From an uncultured Methanosarcinales archaeon (lineage in GTDB: Archaea > Nanobdellota > Nanobdellia > Woesearchaeales > CAZYIM01), in the NCBI GenBank assembly GCA_964647565.1, contig CAZYIM010000058.1:1-10236 (forward strand): 10,236 nt of DNA. The letters are read 5' to 3'. The notes beneath the pieces were generated by a model. That model saw only the letters and a program-made list of their open reading frames with translations. It was not told the DNA's origin and made no database searches. Of this stretch, positions 1-7,254 are shown one piece after another (the first letter of the stretch is position 1; every line of letters begins with the position of its first letter). A program made the translations under genes and the position numbers.

Positions 1-50
1 TTATAGGAGATTTTCTCCTAAATTGCACGTGTTAGCTTAACGGGGAGCAG

Positions 51-56
51 TATAAT
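51..56 (+). promoter_or_regulatory. Candidate -10 element for dnaE
   Basis: Perfect TATAAT ending 32 nt before the ATG at 89. No -35 at canonical spacing (TTGCAC at 23-28 is 22 nt away). Confidence 0.35.
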
Positions 57-79
57 TTCGGGTTTCGAAATTCGGATTT
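56..79. repeat. Degenerate 7-bp tandem repeat (about 3.4 copies)
   Basis: TTTCGGG TTTCGAA ATTCGGA TTT, period 7. Confidence 0.55.
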
Positions 80-88
80 TTTAAGATT

Positions 89-3000
89 ATGGTGCACAGC
101 GATTTTGTCCATCTTCATGTCCACACCCAATACAGCCTTTTAGACGGGGCTTGCATCCTGGAGAGACTGGTAGATAAGGCCTGCGAATATAAGTTACCGG
201 CTTTAGCCATGACTGATCACGGCAATTTGTACGGAGTAATAAAATTTTATAACTTATGCATGGCCAGGGGGATAAAGCCGATAATCGGGTGTGAGGTCTA
301 TGTTGCTTCCGGTTCCCGTTTTGATAAGGAGTATAAGTCCGGCGAAGAAACTAATTATCACCTTCTTTTGCTGGCTAAAGACGAAGAAGGGTATTCCAAC
401 CTCATAAAATTAGTCAGCTTAGCCCACACCGAAGGTTTCTATTACCGGCCCCGGGTAGATAAAGAGCTGCTTCGGACTTACAGCAAGGGGTTAATCGCCT
501 CCAGTGCCTGCATTAAGGGAGAAATCCCTTCTTGTATTATAGCGGATAAGGTAAACCAGGCCTATAAATTAGCCGATGATTATCTGCACACTTTCGGCCC
601 GGGTAATTTTTATCTTGAACTTATGGAAAACGGCCTGTCCGAACAGAAGAAGGCCAATTCCTGTCTGCTCAAAATATCTAAAGATTTAGGCATCCCCCTT
701 ATTGCCACTAACGATATCCACTACCTGGAGAAAGAGGAAGCATTCGCTCACGAGGCGCTCCTGGCTATCCAGACCCAGACCACTCTTTCTGATCCCCAGA
801 GGTTTCGCTTTAACAGCGAAACATTTTATTTCCGCAGCCCCCAGGAGATGGCCGCTGTTTTTAAGGATATACCGGAGGCCATAAAAAATACTTTGGAAGT
901 CACCCAGAAGTGCAACCTTACCCTGGATTTTTCTAAAATACACCTGCCTCATTTTCCCCTGCCTAAGGATGAGACCGAATTTGAATACTTAAAGAAAATC
1001 TGTTACCACAATTTAAAGGAAAGATATCCGAATTCAAATCAGGCAGTACTTGACCGCCTGGAATACGAGCTGGGCATAATAAAAAGAACGGGGTTTTCCA
1101 GTTACTTTTTGATCATCTGGGATTTGGTTAAGTTTGCCAAAGAAAACCATATTCCGGTGGGCCCCGGCCGAGGTTCCGCTTCCGGGAGTATTGTCAGCTA
1201 TATTTTAAGGATAACCGACATCGACCCCTTACGCTACGATCTTCTTTTTGAACGATTTTTAAATCCGGCCCGGATATCTATGCCGGATATTGATATCGAT
1301 TTTTGTTATGAAAAGCGGGCCGCGGTCTTAGATTATGTGGCCAATAAATACGGCAAAGACAGTGTGGCCCAGATAATTACCTTCGGGACCATGCTGGCCA
1401 GAGCGGTAGTCCGGGATGTGGGCCGGGTTATGGGGTTTGGCTATTCAGAAGTAGATAAAATCGCCAAGATGATCCCTTATTCCGTAGGCCACCATATAAA
1501 TTTGAAAAACGCCCTGGTTGAAAGCCAGGACCTTTCGGAAGTATATCGGGCCGATTCGAGAGTCAAACGCCTGATCGATGTGGCCATGCAGTTAGAGGGG
1601 CTTTCCCGCCACGCCTCTACGCATGCCGCCGGAGTAGTTATCTCGGACAAACCGCTCATGGAAAGAATTCCCCTGGTGAGGGGAGTGGACGGAGAACTGG
1701 TAACCGGTTTTGATATGGGCTCTTTGGAAAAGACCGGTCTGCTTAAGATGGATTTTTTAGGGCTTAAAACCTTAACCGTGATCGAGGAGACGGTAAAGAT
1801 TATAAAGCGCACCCAGAAAAAAGAGATCAGCATTCCTAAAGTACCCTTGGATGACCGGAAAACATTTTCACTTCTCCACCGGGGGGATACGATCGGCGTT
1901 TTCCAATTGGAAAGCCGGGGGATGCGGGATATCTTAAAGAAAATAAACCCGACCCGTTTTGAAGACCTGATCGCGGTCCTGGCTCTTTACCGGCCCGGTC
2001 CCTTAGGCAGCGGCATGGTTGATGATTTTATCAATCGTAAGCAGGGTAGACGGCAGATTTCTTATATTCACCCCCGATTAGAGCCGATTTTAAATAAGAC
2101 CTACGGGATAATTCTTTATCAGGAGCAGATTATGCAGATAGTTTCCCAGCTGGCCGGCTTTGATATGGCCCGGGCTGACCTTTTAAGAAAGGCTATCGGT
2201 AAAAAAATCCCCGAGATTATGGATGAACAGCGGCACCTTTTTCTGGAGGGCTGCCGTAAAAATGATATATCTACCTCTATAGCTAACCAGATTTTTGATT
2301 TAATCGATTACTTTTCCGGTTACGGCTTTAATAAAAGCCACAGCACCGCCTACGCTTTAATTTCTTACCATACGGCATACCTGAAGGCGAATTATCCGGT
2401 TGAATTTATGGCCGCCCTGCTTACCAGCGAGCGAAATAATACCGATAAGATCGTGGAGTATGTAAATGAATCGAACCGGATGAAAATCAAAGTCTTGCCT
2501 CCGGATATAAACACCAGCTTTACTAATTTTACGGTTACCGATGATAAGAATATTCGCTTCGGGTTGATGGCCATTAAAAATGTCGGCAAAGCCGCCCTGG
2601 AGAACATTATTGCCATCCGGAAAGGGAGTAGATTCGAAAGCATCTTTGACTTCTGCTCCCGGGTTGACTCCCGGACCGTAAACAAAAAAGTCATCGAGAG
2701 TTTAATCAAGTCCGGGGCGATGGATTCTTTCGGTTTAAAGCGGGCCCAAATGGTAGCCTTGCTGGACCGGCTTCTAAGTAGATCCGGGCGCAAAGAAGAT
2801 GCCTCTCAGCTGATGCTTTTTGAGCCTTCCAAGGATGAAAGCGTGCCCGACATCGAGGAGTGGCCGCTCCCGCAGATTCTTAATTTTGAGAAGTCCCTTT
2901 TAGGCATATATTTAACCGGCCATCCCCTTTTTACCTATTCTAAAATAATCAACTATTTAAACCGCGATAAAATAGCTGCCTTTTACGAAATGCCGAAATT

Positions 3001-3496
3001 TAAAAAAGAAGTTATCGTCTGCGGTGTGGTCGAGAAAGTAAGGCTTATCACTACTCGCAGAAAGGGCGAGCGCATGGCGATTATCAAGATCGAGGACGAG
3101 ACCTCCAGCGTGGAGGCATTCATTTTTCCGCGCCTCTTTGATGAGGCCGGGATCTATCTGAGGGAAAAAGCGGTCATCGTCTTAAAAGGGCAGGTTGAAG
3201 CCAAGGAAAGGGTCCCCAAGATTTTAGCCGCTAAGATTATCCCGATGAATAAAATTGCCGCCAGCATTACCGCCGTTAATATTTCCGTTCAGGATAACGG
3301 TTTACCCCTCAACCGGCTGAAGGATGTTTTTGTTAAGAATAAAGGCGATACCCCGGTATTTTTCTCCTTCAAAAATTCTAAATTGAAGGGGGTAAAAGTT
3401 AAGACCGGCGATACCTTAAAGATTTCTTCCAGCGAGGAGACTTTGGGAGAAGTAGGGGCTATAGTCGGCCGGGAAAACCTGACCCTCTCTCTCTGA
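89..3496 (+). CDS. dnaE: DNA polymerase III subunit alpha (DnaE1-type)
   Basis: 1135 aa. N-terminal PHP domain (FVHLHVHTQYSLLDG, TDHGNLYG, GCEVY, TNDIHY), VGPGRGS, LLFERFLNPAR, catalytic PDIDID and KMDFLGL, YGFNKSHS, a clamp-binding-like QLMLF, and a C-terminal OB-fold-like region. Confidence 0.98.
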   Translation: MVHSDFVHLHVHTQYSLLDGACILERLVDKACEYKLPALAMTDHGNLYGVIKFYNLCMARGIKPIIGCEVYVASGSRFDKEYKSGEETNYHLLLLAKDEEGYSNLIKLVSLAHTEGFYYRPRVDKELLRTYSKGLIASSACIKGEIPSCIIADKVNQAYKLADDYLHTFGPGNFYLELMENGLSEQKKANSCLLKISKDLGIPLIATNDIHYLEKEEAFAHEALLAIQTQTTLSDPQRFRFNSETFYFRSPQEMAAVFKDIPEAIKNTLEVTQKCNLTLDFSKIHLPHFPLPKDETEFEYLKKICYHNLKERYPNSNQAVLDRLEYELGIIKRTGFSSYFLIIWDLVKFAKENHIPVGPGRGSASGSIVSYILRITDIDPLRYDLLFERFLNPARISMPDIDIDFCYEKRAAVLDYVANKYGKDSVAQIITFGTMLARAVVRDVGRVMGFGYSEVDKIAKMIPYSVGHHINLKNALVESQDLSEVYRADSRVKRLIDVAMQLEGLSRHASTHAAGVVISDKPLMERIPLVRGVDGELVTGFDMGSLEKTGLLKMDFLGLKTLTVIEETVKIIKRTQKKEISIPKVPLDDRKTFSLLHRGDTIGVFQLESRGMRDILKKINPTRFEDLIAVLALYRPGPLGSGMVDDFINRKQGRRQISYIHPRLEPILNKTYGIILYQEQIMQIVSQLAGFDMARADLLRKAIGKKIPEIMDEQRHLFLEGCRKNDISTSIANQIFDLIDYFSGYGFNKSHSTAYALISYHTAYLKANYPVEFMAALLTSERNNTDKIVEYVNESNRMKIKVLPPDINTSFTNFTVTDDKNIRFGLMAIKNVGKAALENIIAIRKGSRFESIFDFCSRVDSRTVNKKVIESLIKSGAMDSFGLKRAQMVALLDRLLSRSGRKEDASQLMLFEPSKDESVPDIEEWPLPQILNFEKSLLGIYLTGHPLFTYSKIINYLNRDKIAAFYEMPKFKKEVIVCGVVEKVRLITTRRKGERMAIIKIEDETSSVEAFIFPRLFDEAGIYLREKAVIVLKGQVEAKERVPKILAAKIIPMNKIAASITAVNISVQDNGLPLNRLKDVFVKNKGDTPVFFSFKNSKLKGVKVKTGDTLKISSSEETLGEVGAIVGRENLTLSL

Positions 3497-3617
3497 AACA
3501 AGCTATATTTTTTATAATTTATTTTGGCTCAAGAACTAATGTAAATTGTCCGGAAATTTATCCCTTTTTGGCCCGGCCGGTAAGGCTCTGCTTTTCTCTG
3601 CCCTTAAAAAAATCCCC

Positions 3618-3646
3618 TTGACACTAAAGACTGGGGCTGATAGACT
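3618..3646 (+). promoter_or_regulatory. Sigma70-type promoter with extended -10 for the HU/IHF gene, possibly also driving hisS-aspS
   Basis: TTGACA (3618-3623), 17-nt spacer, TG at 3638-3639, TAGACT (3641-3646), and an upstream A-tract at 3606-3612. Confidence 0.8.
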
Positions 3647-3652
3647 TAGAAT

Positions 3653-3925
3653 ATGAGAAAAAGAGACATAGTTCTTAAAATCAGCCAGGAGACCGAGATA
3701 AAACAGGTTGTGGTCAAAGAAGTGGTGCAGAGAACCTTTGATGCCATTTTGGGAGCCTTGAAGGAAGGACGCAGGATTGAGCTGAGAAATTTCGGGGTAT
3801 TCGAGGTCAAAAAGAGAAAGAAAAGAGTCGGCCGCAATCCTAAGACCGGTGACGTCGTTCCTATCCCTGAGAGGCGCGTTGTCGATTTTAAGCCTGGCCT
3901 GGAAATGAAGAATTCCATAAAATAG
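3653..3925 (+). CDS. HU/IHF family nucleoid-associated DNA-binding protein (IHF-beta-like)
   Basis: 90 aa and basic, with the family signature RIELRNFGVFEVKKRKKRVGRNPKTG...IPERRVVDFKPG. Confidence 0.95.
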   Translation: MRKRDIVLKISQETEIKQVVVKEVVQRTFDAILGALKEGRRIELRNFGVFEVKKRKKRVGRNPKTGDVVPIPERRVVDFKPGLEMKNSIK

Positions 3926-3987
3926 CCGCCGCTGTTTGAGATGGGCCTCAATTATTCCCTTCCGCGGTTAGCCTACCCGATGATACT

Positions 3988-3993
3988 AGGAGG
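3988..3993 (+). promoter_or_regulatory. Shine-Dalgarno site for hisS
   Basis: AGGAGG 9 nt upstream of the GTG at 4003. Confidence 0.7.
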
Positions 3994-4002
3994 AAGACAG
4001 AG

Positions 4003-5250
4003 GTGAAAAAAACCTATTCTAACGTACGGGGAACATCTGATTTTGATGCCGCTCAGAGCCTGCTCTTTCAAGATACACTTAAAAAATCAAGAGAAGTTTT
4101 TAAGCGATTTAATTATCAGGAGATTATTCTTCCCCTGCTGGAAGAAAGAGATTTGTTCGTAAAAGGGGTAGGGCAAAATACCGAGATCGTCGAGAAGCAA
4201 ATGTTTAAGATCGAGGGCAAAGATATAGTTTTACGGCCCGAAGGCACAGCCCAGGTAATCCGTTATTACCTCCAGAACGCGCTTTTTAAAAAAAGTGACT
4301 TTTCTAAGTTTTTCTATACCGGGGCGATGTTTAGAGGGGAACGCCCCCAAAAGGGAAGATTGCGTCAATTCCACCATATCGGCGCGGAAGCGATCGGCTC
4401 GGATAGTTACTACTTAGATGCGGAGATAATTGATTTGAGTTTAAAAATTCTAGATTCAGCCGGCATAAAAGAAAGGAGGCTGCTCTTAAACTCTTTAGGC
4501 TGCCAGGGAGATAAAGAAAAATTCGCCCTGATTCTAAAAGATGAACTTCCCCGGTACAAAGAACACCTTTGTGAAGATTGTCGCCGAAGATTAGGCAAGA
4601 ATCCTCTAAGAATTTTAGATTGCAAAAAACAAAGGTGCCGTCAAGCGCTTAAAGATTTTGTAGCTCAGACAGGAGGCCCGCATGCGCACCTGTGCTTAAG
4701 ATGTTTGGATAATTTTAAAAATTTAACGCTGCTGCTTGACGATTTACAGATAAAATATATTCTCGATTTTTCTCTTGTTCGCGGGCTTGACTATTATACT
4801 AATACTGTTTTTGAAATTACGTCTCCGAGATTAGGGGCTCAGGATGCTATCGGAGCCGGCGGAAGGTATAATAACCTGGTTAAATTGCTGGGCGGGCCGG
4901 ATACCCCGGCCGTAGGCTTTGCTTTAGGGGTAGAGAGGATGCTGCTGGTTTTAGGCCAAAGCGATTGCCAGCAGACAATAGATGTTTTTGTAGCCCTGAC
5001 CGGCAGCAGTCTGGCCAAAATTGGCTTTGACATTTTAAGTAATTTACGCCAAAATAACCTCACCGCTGACTATGATTATTGCGGTAAATCTTTGAAGGGT
5101 CAGTTACGAGCTGCCCAGAAGAAAAATGCCCGATATGTGGTAATCGTCGGTGATGAGGAGTGGAAAAATAATTGCGTGCTCCTTAAGGATATGGCCAAGG
5201 GCACCCAGGAAAAAGTAAAAATTAACGATTTGATCAACAAAATTATGTAG
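4003..5250 (+). CDS. hisS: Histidine--tRNA ligase
   Basis: 415 aa, GTG start. VRGTSDF, LRPEGTA, motif 2 FRGERPQKGRLRQF, HisA peptide RGLDYY, GGRYN, motif 3 GFALGVERM, and a C-terminal anticodon-binding domain. Confidence 0.98.
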   Translation: MKKTYSNVRGTSDFDAAQSLLFQDTLKKSREVFKRFNYQEIILPLLEERDLFVKGVGQNTEIVEKQMFKIEGKDIVLRPEGTAQVIRYYLQNALFKKSDFSKFFYTGAMFRGERPQKGRLRQFHHIGAEAIGSDSYYLDAEIIDLSLKILDSAGIKERRLLLNSLGCQGDKEKFALILKDELPRYKEHLCEDCRRRLGKNPLRILDCKKQRCRQALKDFVAQTGGPHAHLCLRCLDNFKNLTLLLDDLQIKYILDFSLVRGLDYYTNTVFEITSPRLGAQDAIGAGGRYNNLVKLLGGPDTPAVGFALGVERMLLVLGQSDCQQTIDVFVALTGSSLAKIGFDILSNLRQNNLTADYDYCGKSLKGQLRAAQKKNARYVVIVGDEEWKNNCVLLKDMAKGTQEKVKINDLINKIM

Positions 5251-5276
5251 GGGCCGCAGATCTGCGGCCCGATACA
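5246..5276. repeat. GTAG-type REP-like palindrome overlapping the hisS stop codon
   Basis: GTAG (5247-5250) is followed directly by the perfect palindrome GGGCCGCAGATCTGCGGCCC (5251-5270). The outer TGTA...TACA can also pair. Confidence 0.65.
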
Positions 5277-5283
5277 ATAAATT

Positions 5284-6690
5284 ATGCTACGCACCCATAC
5301 CTGCGGACAGTTAACCGAGGAAGATGTAAACAAGGAAGTGACTCTTTGCGGTTGGGTTGCTGCCCGCAGAGATCACGGTAAGCTTATTTTCATTGATATC
5401 CGGGATCGCTACGGGTTAACCCAGGTGGTATTTTTACCTAAACCCAATAAAGAGACTTACCAGCAGGCTAAGAAGTTAAGAAGCGAAGACGTGATTAAGG
5501 TTAAGGGAACGGTTAACCCCCGGCCCAAAAATACCGAAAATCCCAAACTTCCCACCGGTTTAATTGAAGTTTGTGCGGCCGAGCTGGATGTTTTAAGCCC
5601 CGCCCTGGATTTACCTTTTGTTATTGAAGACAATACTGATGCCAGCGAAGAAGTGAGGCTGCTTCACCGCTATCTGGATTTAAGAAGGCCCCAGATGGCT
5701 CAAAGAATAATTTTACGCCATAAGTTAAACCAGGAATTTCGCAATTTTCTTAATAACCGGGGTTTCATCGAGGTGGAAACCCCTTTTTTGACTAAATCTA
5801 CCCCGGAAGGGGCCCGGGATTATCTGGTTCCCTCCCGGCTTAACCCGGGTAAATTCTACGCCCTTCCCCAATCTCCGCAATTGTTTAAGCAGATTTTGAT
5901 GGCCAGCGGAATGGATAAGTATTATCAGATTGTGCGCTGTTTCCGGGATGAAGATTTAAGAAAAGACCGCCAGCCGGAATTCACCCAGCTGGATATGGAG
6001 TTTTCTTTTGTCAATGAGGAAGATATTCTTTCCTTAGTCGAGGAGATGATGGCCCGAATTTTTTCGGAGGGCCTGGGAGTAAAGATAAAGACACCTTTTT
6101 TAAGAATTTCCTATCCGGAGGCTATAAAAAAACACGGGAGCGATAAGCCGGATATCGGCGAACCTGCCTGCCGGCAGGCAGGGGCAGATTATCGTTTTCT
6201 TTGGGTAGTGGATTTTCCTTTATTCGAGCGCAACGATGAAGAAGGGCGCTGGCAGACCTGCCACCACCCTTTTACTTCTCCCCGGGATGAAGATGTAAAA
6301 TATTTGGATAAAGATTTATCTAAAGTAAGGGCACGTTCTTACGACCTGGTTTTAAACGGCGCCGAAATCGGGAGCGGCTCGATAAGAATACACTCTCCGG
6401 AATTACAACAGAAAATCTTTAACATTCTGGGGATTTCTCAGGAAGAAGCCGAGAGAAAGTTCGGGTTTCTGCTGCGGGCCTTCAACTACGGGGTTCCTCC
6501 CCACGGCGGAATTGCATTTGGCCTGGACCGGTTATATGCTATAATAACGGGGTCAGAAAGCATCCGGGATGTAATCGCTTTTCCCAAGACCCAGAAAGGG
6601 GTTTGTCCTTTGAGCGATGCCCCTTCGGAAGTTACCGAAAAGCAGTTAGAAGAGTTATCTATAAAGTCGATAGATGAAGAGGCAGGGTAA
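5284..6690 (+). CDS. aspS: Aspartate--tRNA ligase, bacterial type, short form lacking the GAD insertion domain
   Basis: 468 aa. RTHTCG, GWV..RRDHG, RYLDLRR, TPEGARDYLVP, LPQSPQLFKQ, CFRDEDLRKDRQPEFTQLD, HHPFT, GSIRIH, PPHGGIAFGLDR, IRDVIAFPKT. Follows hisS, a common gene order. Confidence 0.98.
   Translation: MLRTHTCGQLTEEDVNKEVTLCGWVAARRDHGKLIFIDIRDRYGLTQVVFLPKPNKETYQQAKKLRSEDVIKVKGTVNPRPKNTENPKLPTGLIEVCAAELDVLSPALDLPFVIEDNTDASEEVRLLHRYLDLRRPQMAQRIILRHKLNQEFRNFLNNRGFIEVETPFLTKSTPEGARDYLVPSRLNPGKFYALPQSPQLFKQILMASGMDKYYQIVRCFRDEDLRKDRQPEFTQLDMEFSFVNEEDILSLVEEMMARIFSEGLGVKIKTPFLRISYPEAIKKHGSDKPDIGEPACRQAGADYRFLWVVDFPLFERNDEEGRWQTCHHPFTSPRDEDVKYLDKDLSKVRARSYDLVLNGAEIGSGSIRIHSPELQQKIFNILGISQEEAERKFGFLLRAFNYGVPPHGGIAFGLDRLYAIITGSESIRDVIAFPKTQKGVCPLSDAPSEVTEKQLEELSIKSIDEEAG
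6163..6182. repeat. Perfect 20-bp intragenic palindrome, translated in frame in aspS
   Basis: CCTGCCTGCCGGCAGGCAGG equals its own reverse complement and encodes PACRQAG from codon 294. Confidence 0.85.
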
Positions 6691-6703
6691 AGAGGAGGTA
6701 AGA

Positions 6704-7195
6704 ATGAGAAGGTTACTGGCATTGCTGGTCATTGTCTTTTTTGCCGGTTGTATGACCGTGAAGACTTATACTATTGAGAAGCCCCGAGTAGATACGGACA
6801 TCGAAGGAAATCGCGGGTATTTGGCCGGTGAGCCTGAGGAAGAAGCCGAGGAAAGTAGATTGGGCGATACCCGCAAGGTATCGGTTGTCGAGGTTGAGTT
6901 CGGTTCTCGTAAGCCGAAAGGCATAAGTATAGAAGATAAGGAAGAAACCTATCCGGAGACGGTGTTTGAAGAGGAGGCCCCGGTTAGAGAAGAGGAGATC
7001 GTATATACCACAGAAGAGGGATCTAAAGAGGAGTACAGTTACTACACCGTTAAGAATAACGATACCCTGCAGAAGATTTCTCATAAGTTTTACGGGACGA
7101 CCCGGAAATGGAAGTCGATTTATAAGGCCAACAAAAACGTGATCAAGAATCCGGATCGAGTTTATCCGGGTATTAAGCTAAGAATCCCTAAGTGA
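6704..7195 (+). CDS. LysM peptidoglycan-binding lipoprotein
   Basis: Start moved from the track's 6674 to ATG 6704, which has SD AGGAGGT at 6693-6699 and removes the aspS overlap. Signal peptide MRRLLALLVIVFFAG-C (lipobox), Glu-rich linker, and C-terminal LysM YTVKNNDTLQKISHKFYG...W..IY.AN...IKNPDRVYPGIKLRIP. 163 aa. Confidence 0.9.
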   Translation: MRRLLALLVIVFFAGCMTVKTYTIEKPRVDTDIEGNRGYLAGEPEEEAEESRLGDTRKVSVVEVEFGSRKPKGISIEDKEETYPETVFEEEAPVREEEIVYTTEEGSKEEYSYYTVKNNDTLQKISHKFYGTTRKWKSIYKANKNVIKNPDRVYPGIKLRIPK

Positions 7196-7248
7196 GGCTT
7201 AGCTTTTTTGAAGTCTGCCGAAGGCAGACGCACAAAAAAGCTGTAGCC
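7196..7248. repeat. Intergenic hairpin 1
   Basis: AGCTTTTTTG (7201-7210) and CAAAAAAGCT (7233-7242) enclose GTCTGCC-GAA-GGCAGAC (7213-7229). Outer GGCT/AGCC also pair. Confidence 0.8.
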
Positions 7249-7254
7249 GAACTT

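Noticed and set aside
2320..2350. Intein or split at the common DnaE insertion site
   Set aside because: YGFNKSHS is contiguous and the protein length is normal.
3926..4002. T-box leader or terminator upstream of hisS
   Set aside because: The spacer is only 77 nt and has no T-box consensus. The TTGAG/CTCAA stem is 5 bp with no U-tract.
5248..5283. Stop-codon readthrough or pyrrolysine recoding of the hisS TAG aided by the hairpin
   Set aside because: A second in-frame stop (TAA 5278-5280) precedes aspS, and both proteins are complete on their own.
6674..6703. Track start at 6674 for the LysM gene
   Set aside because: ATG 6704 has a strong SD, avoids the aspS overlap and gives a canonical lipoprotein signal peptide.
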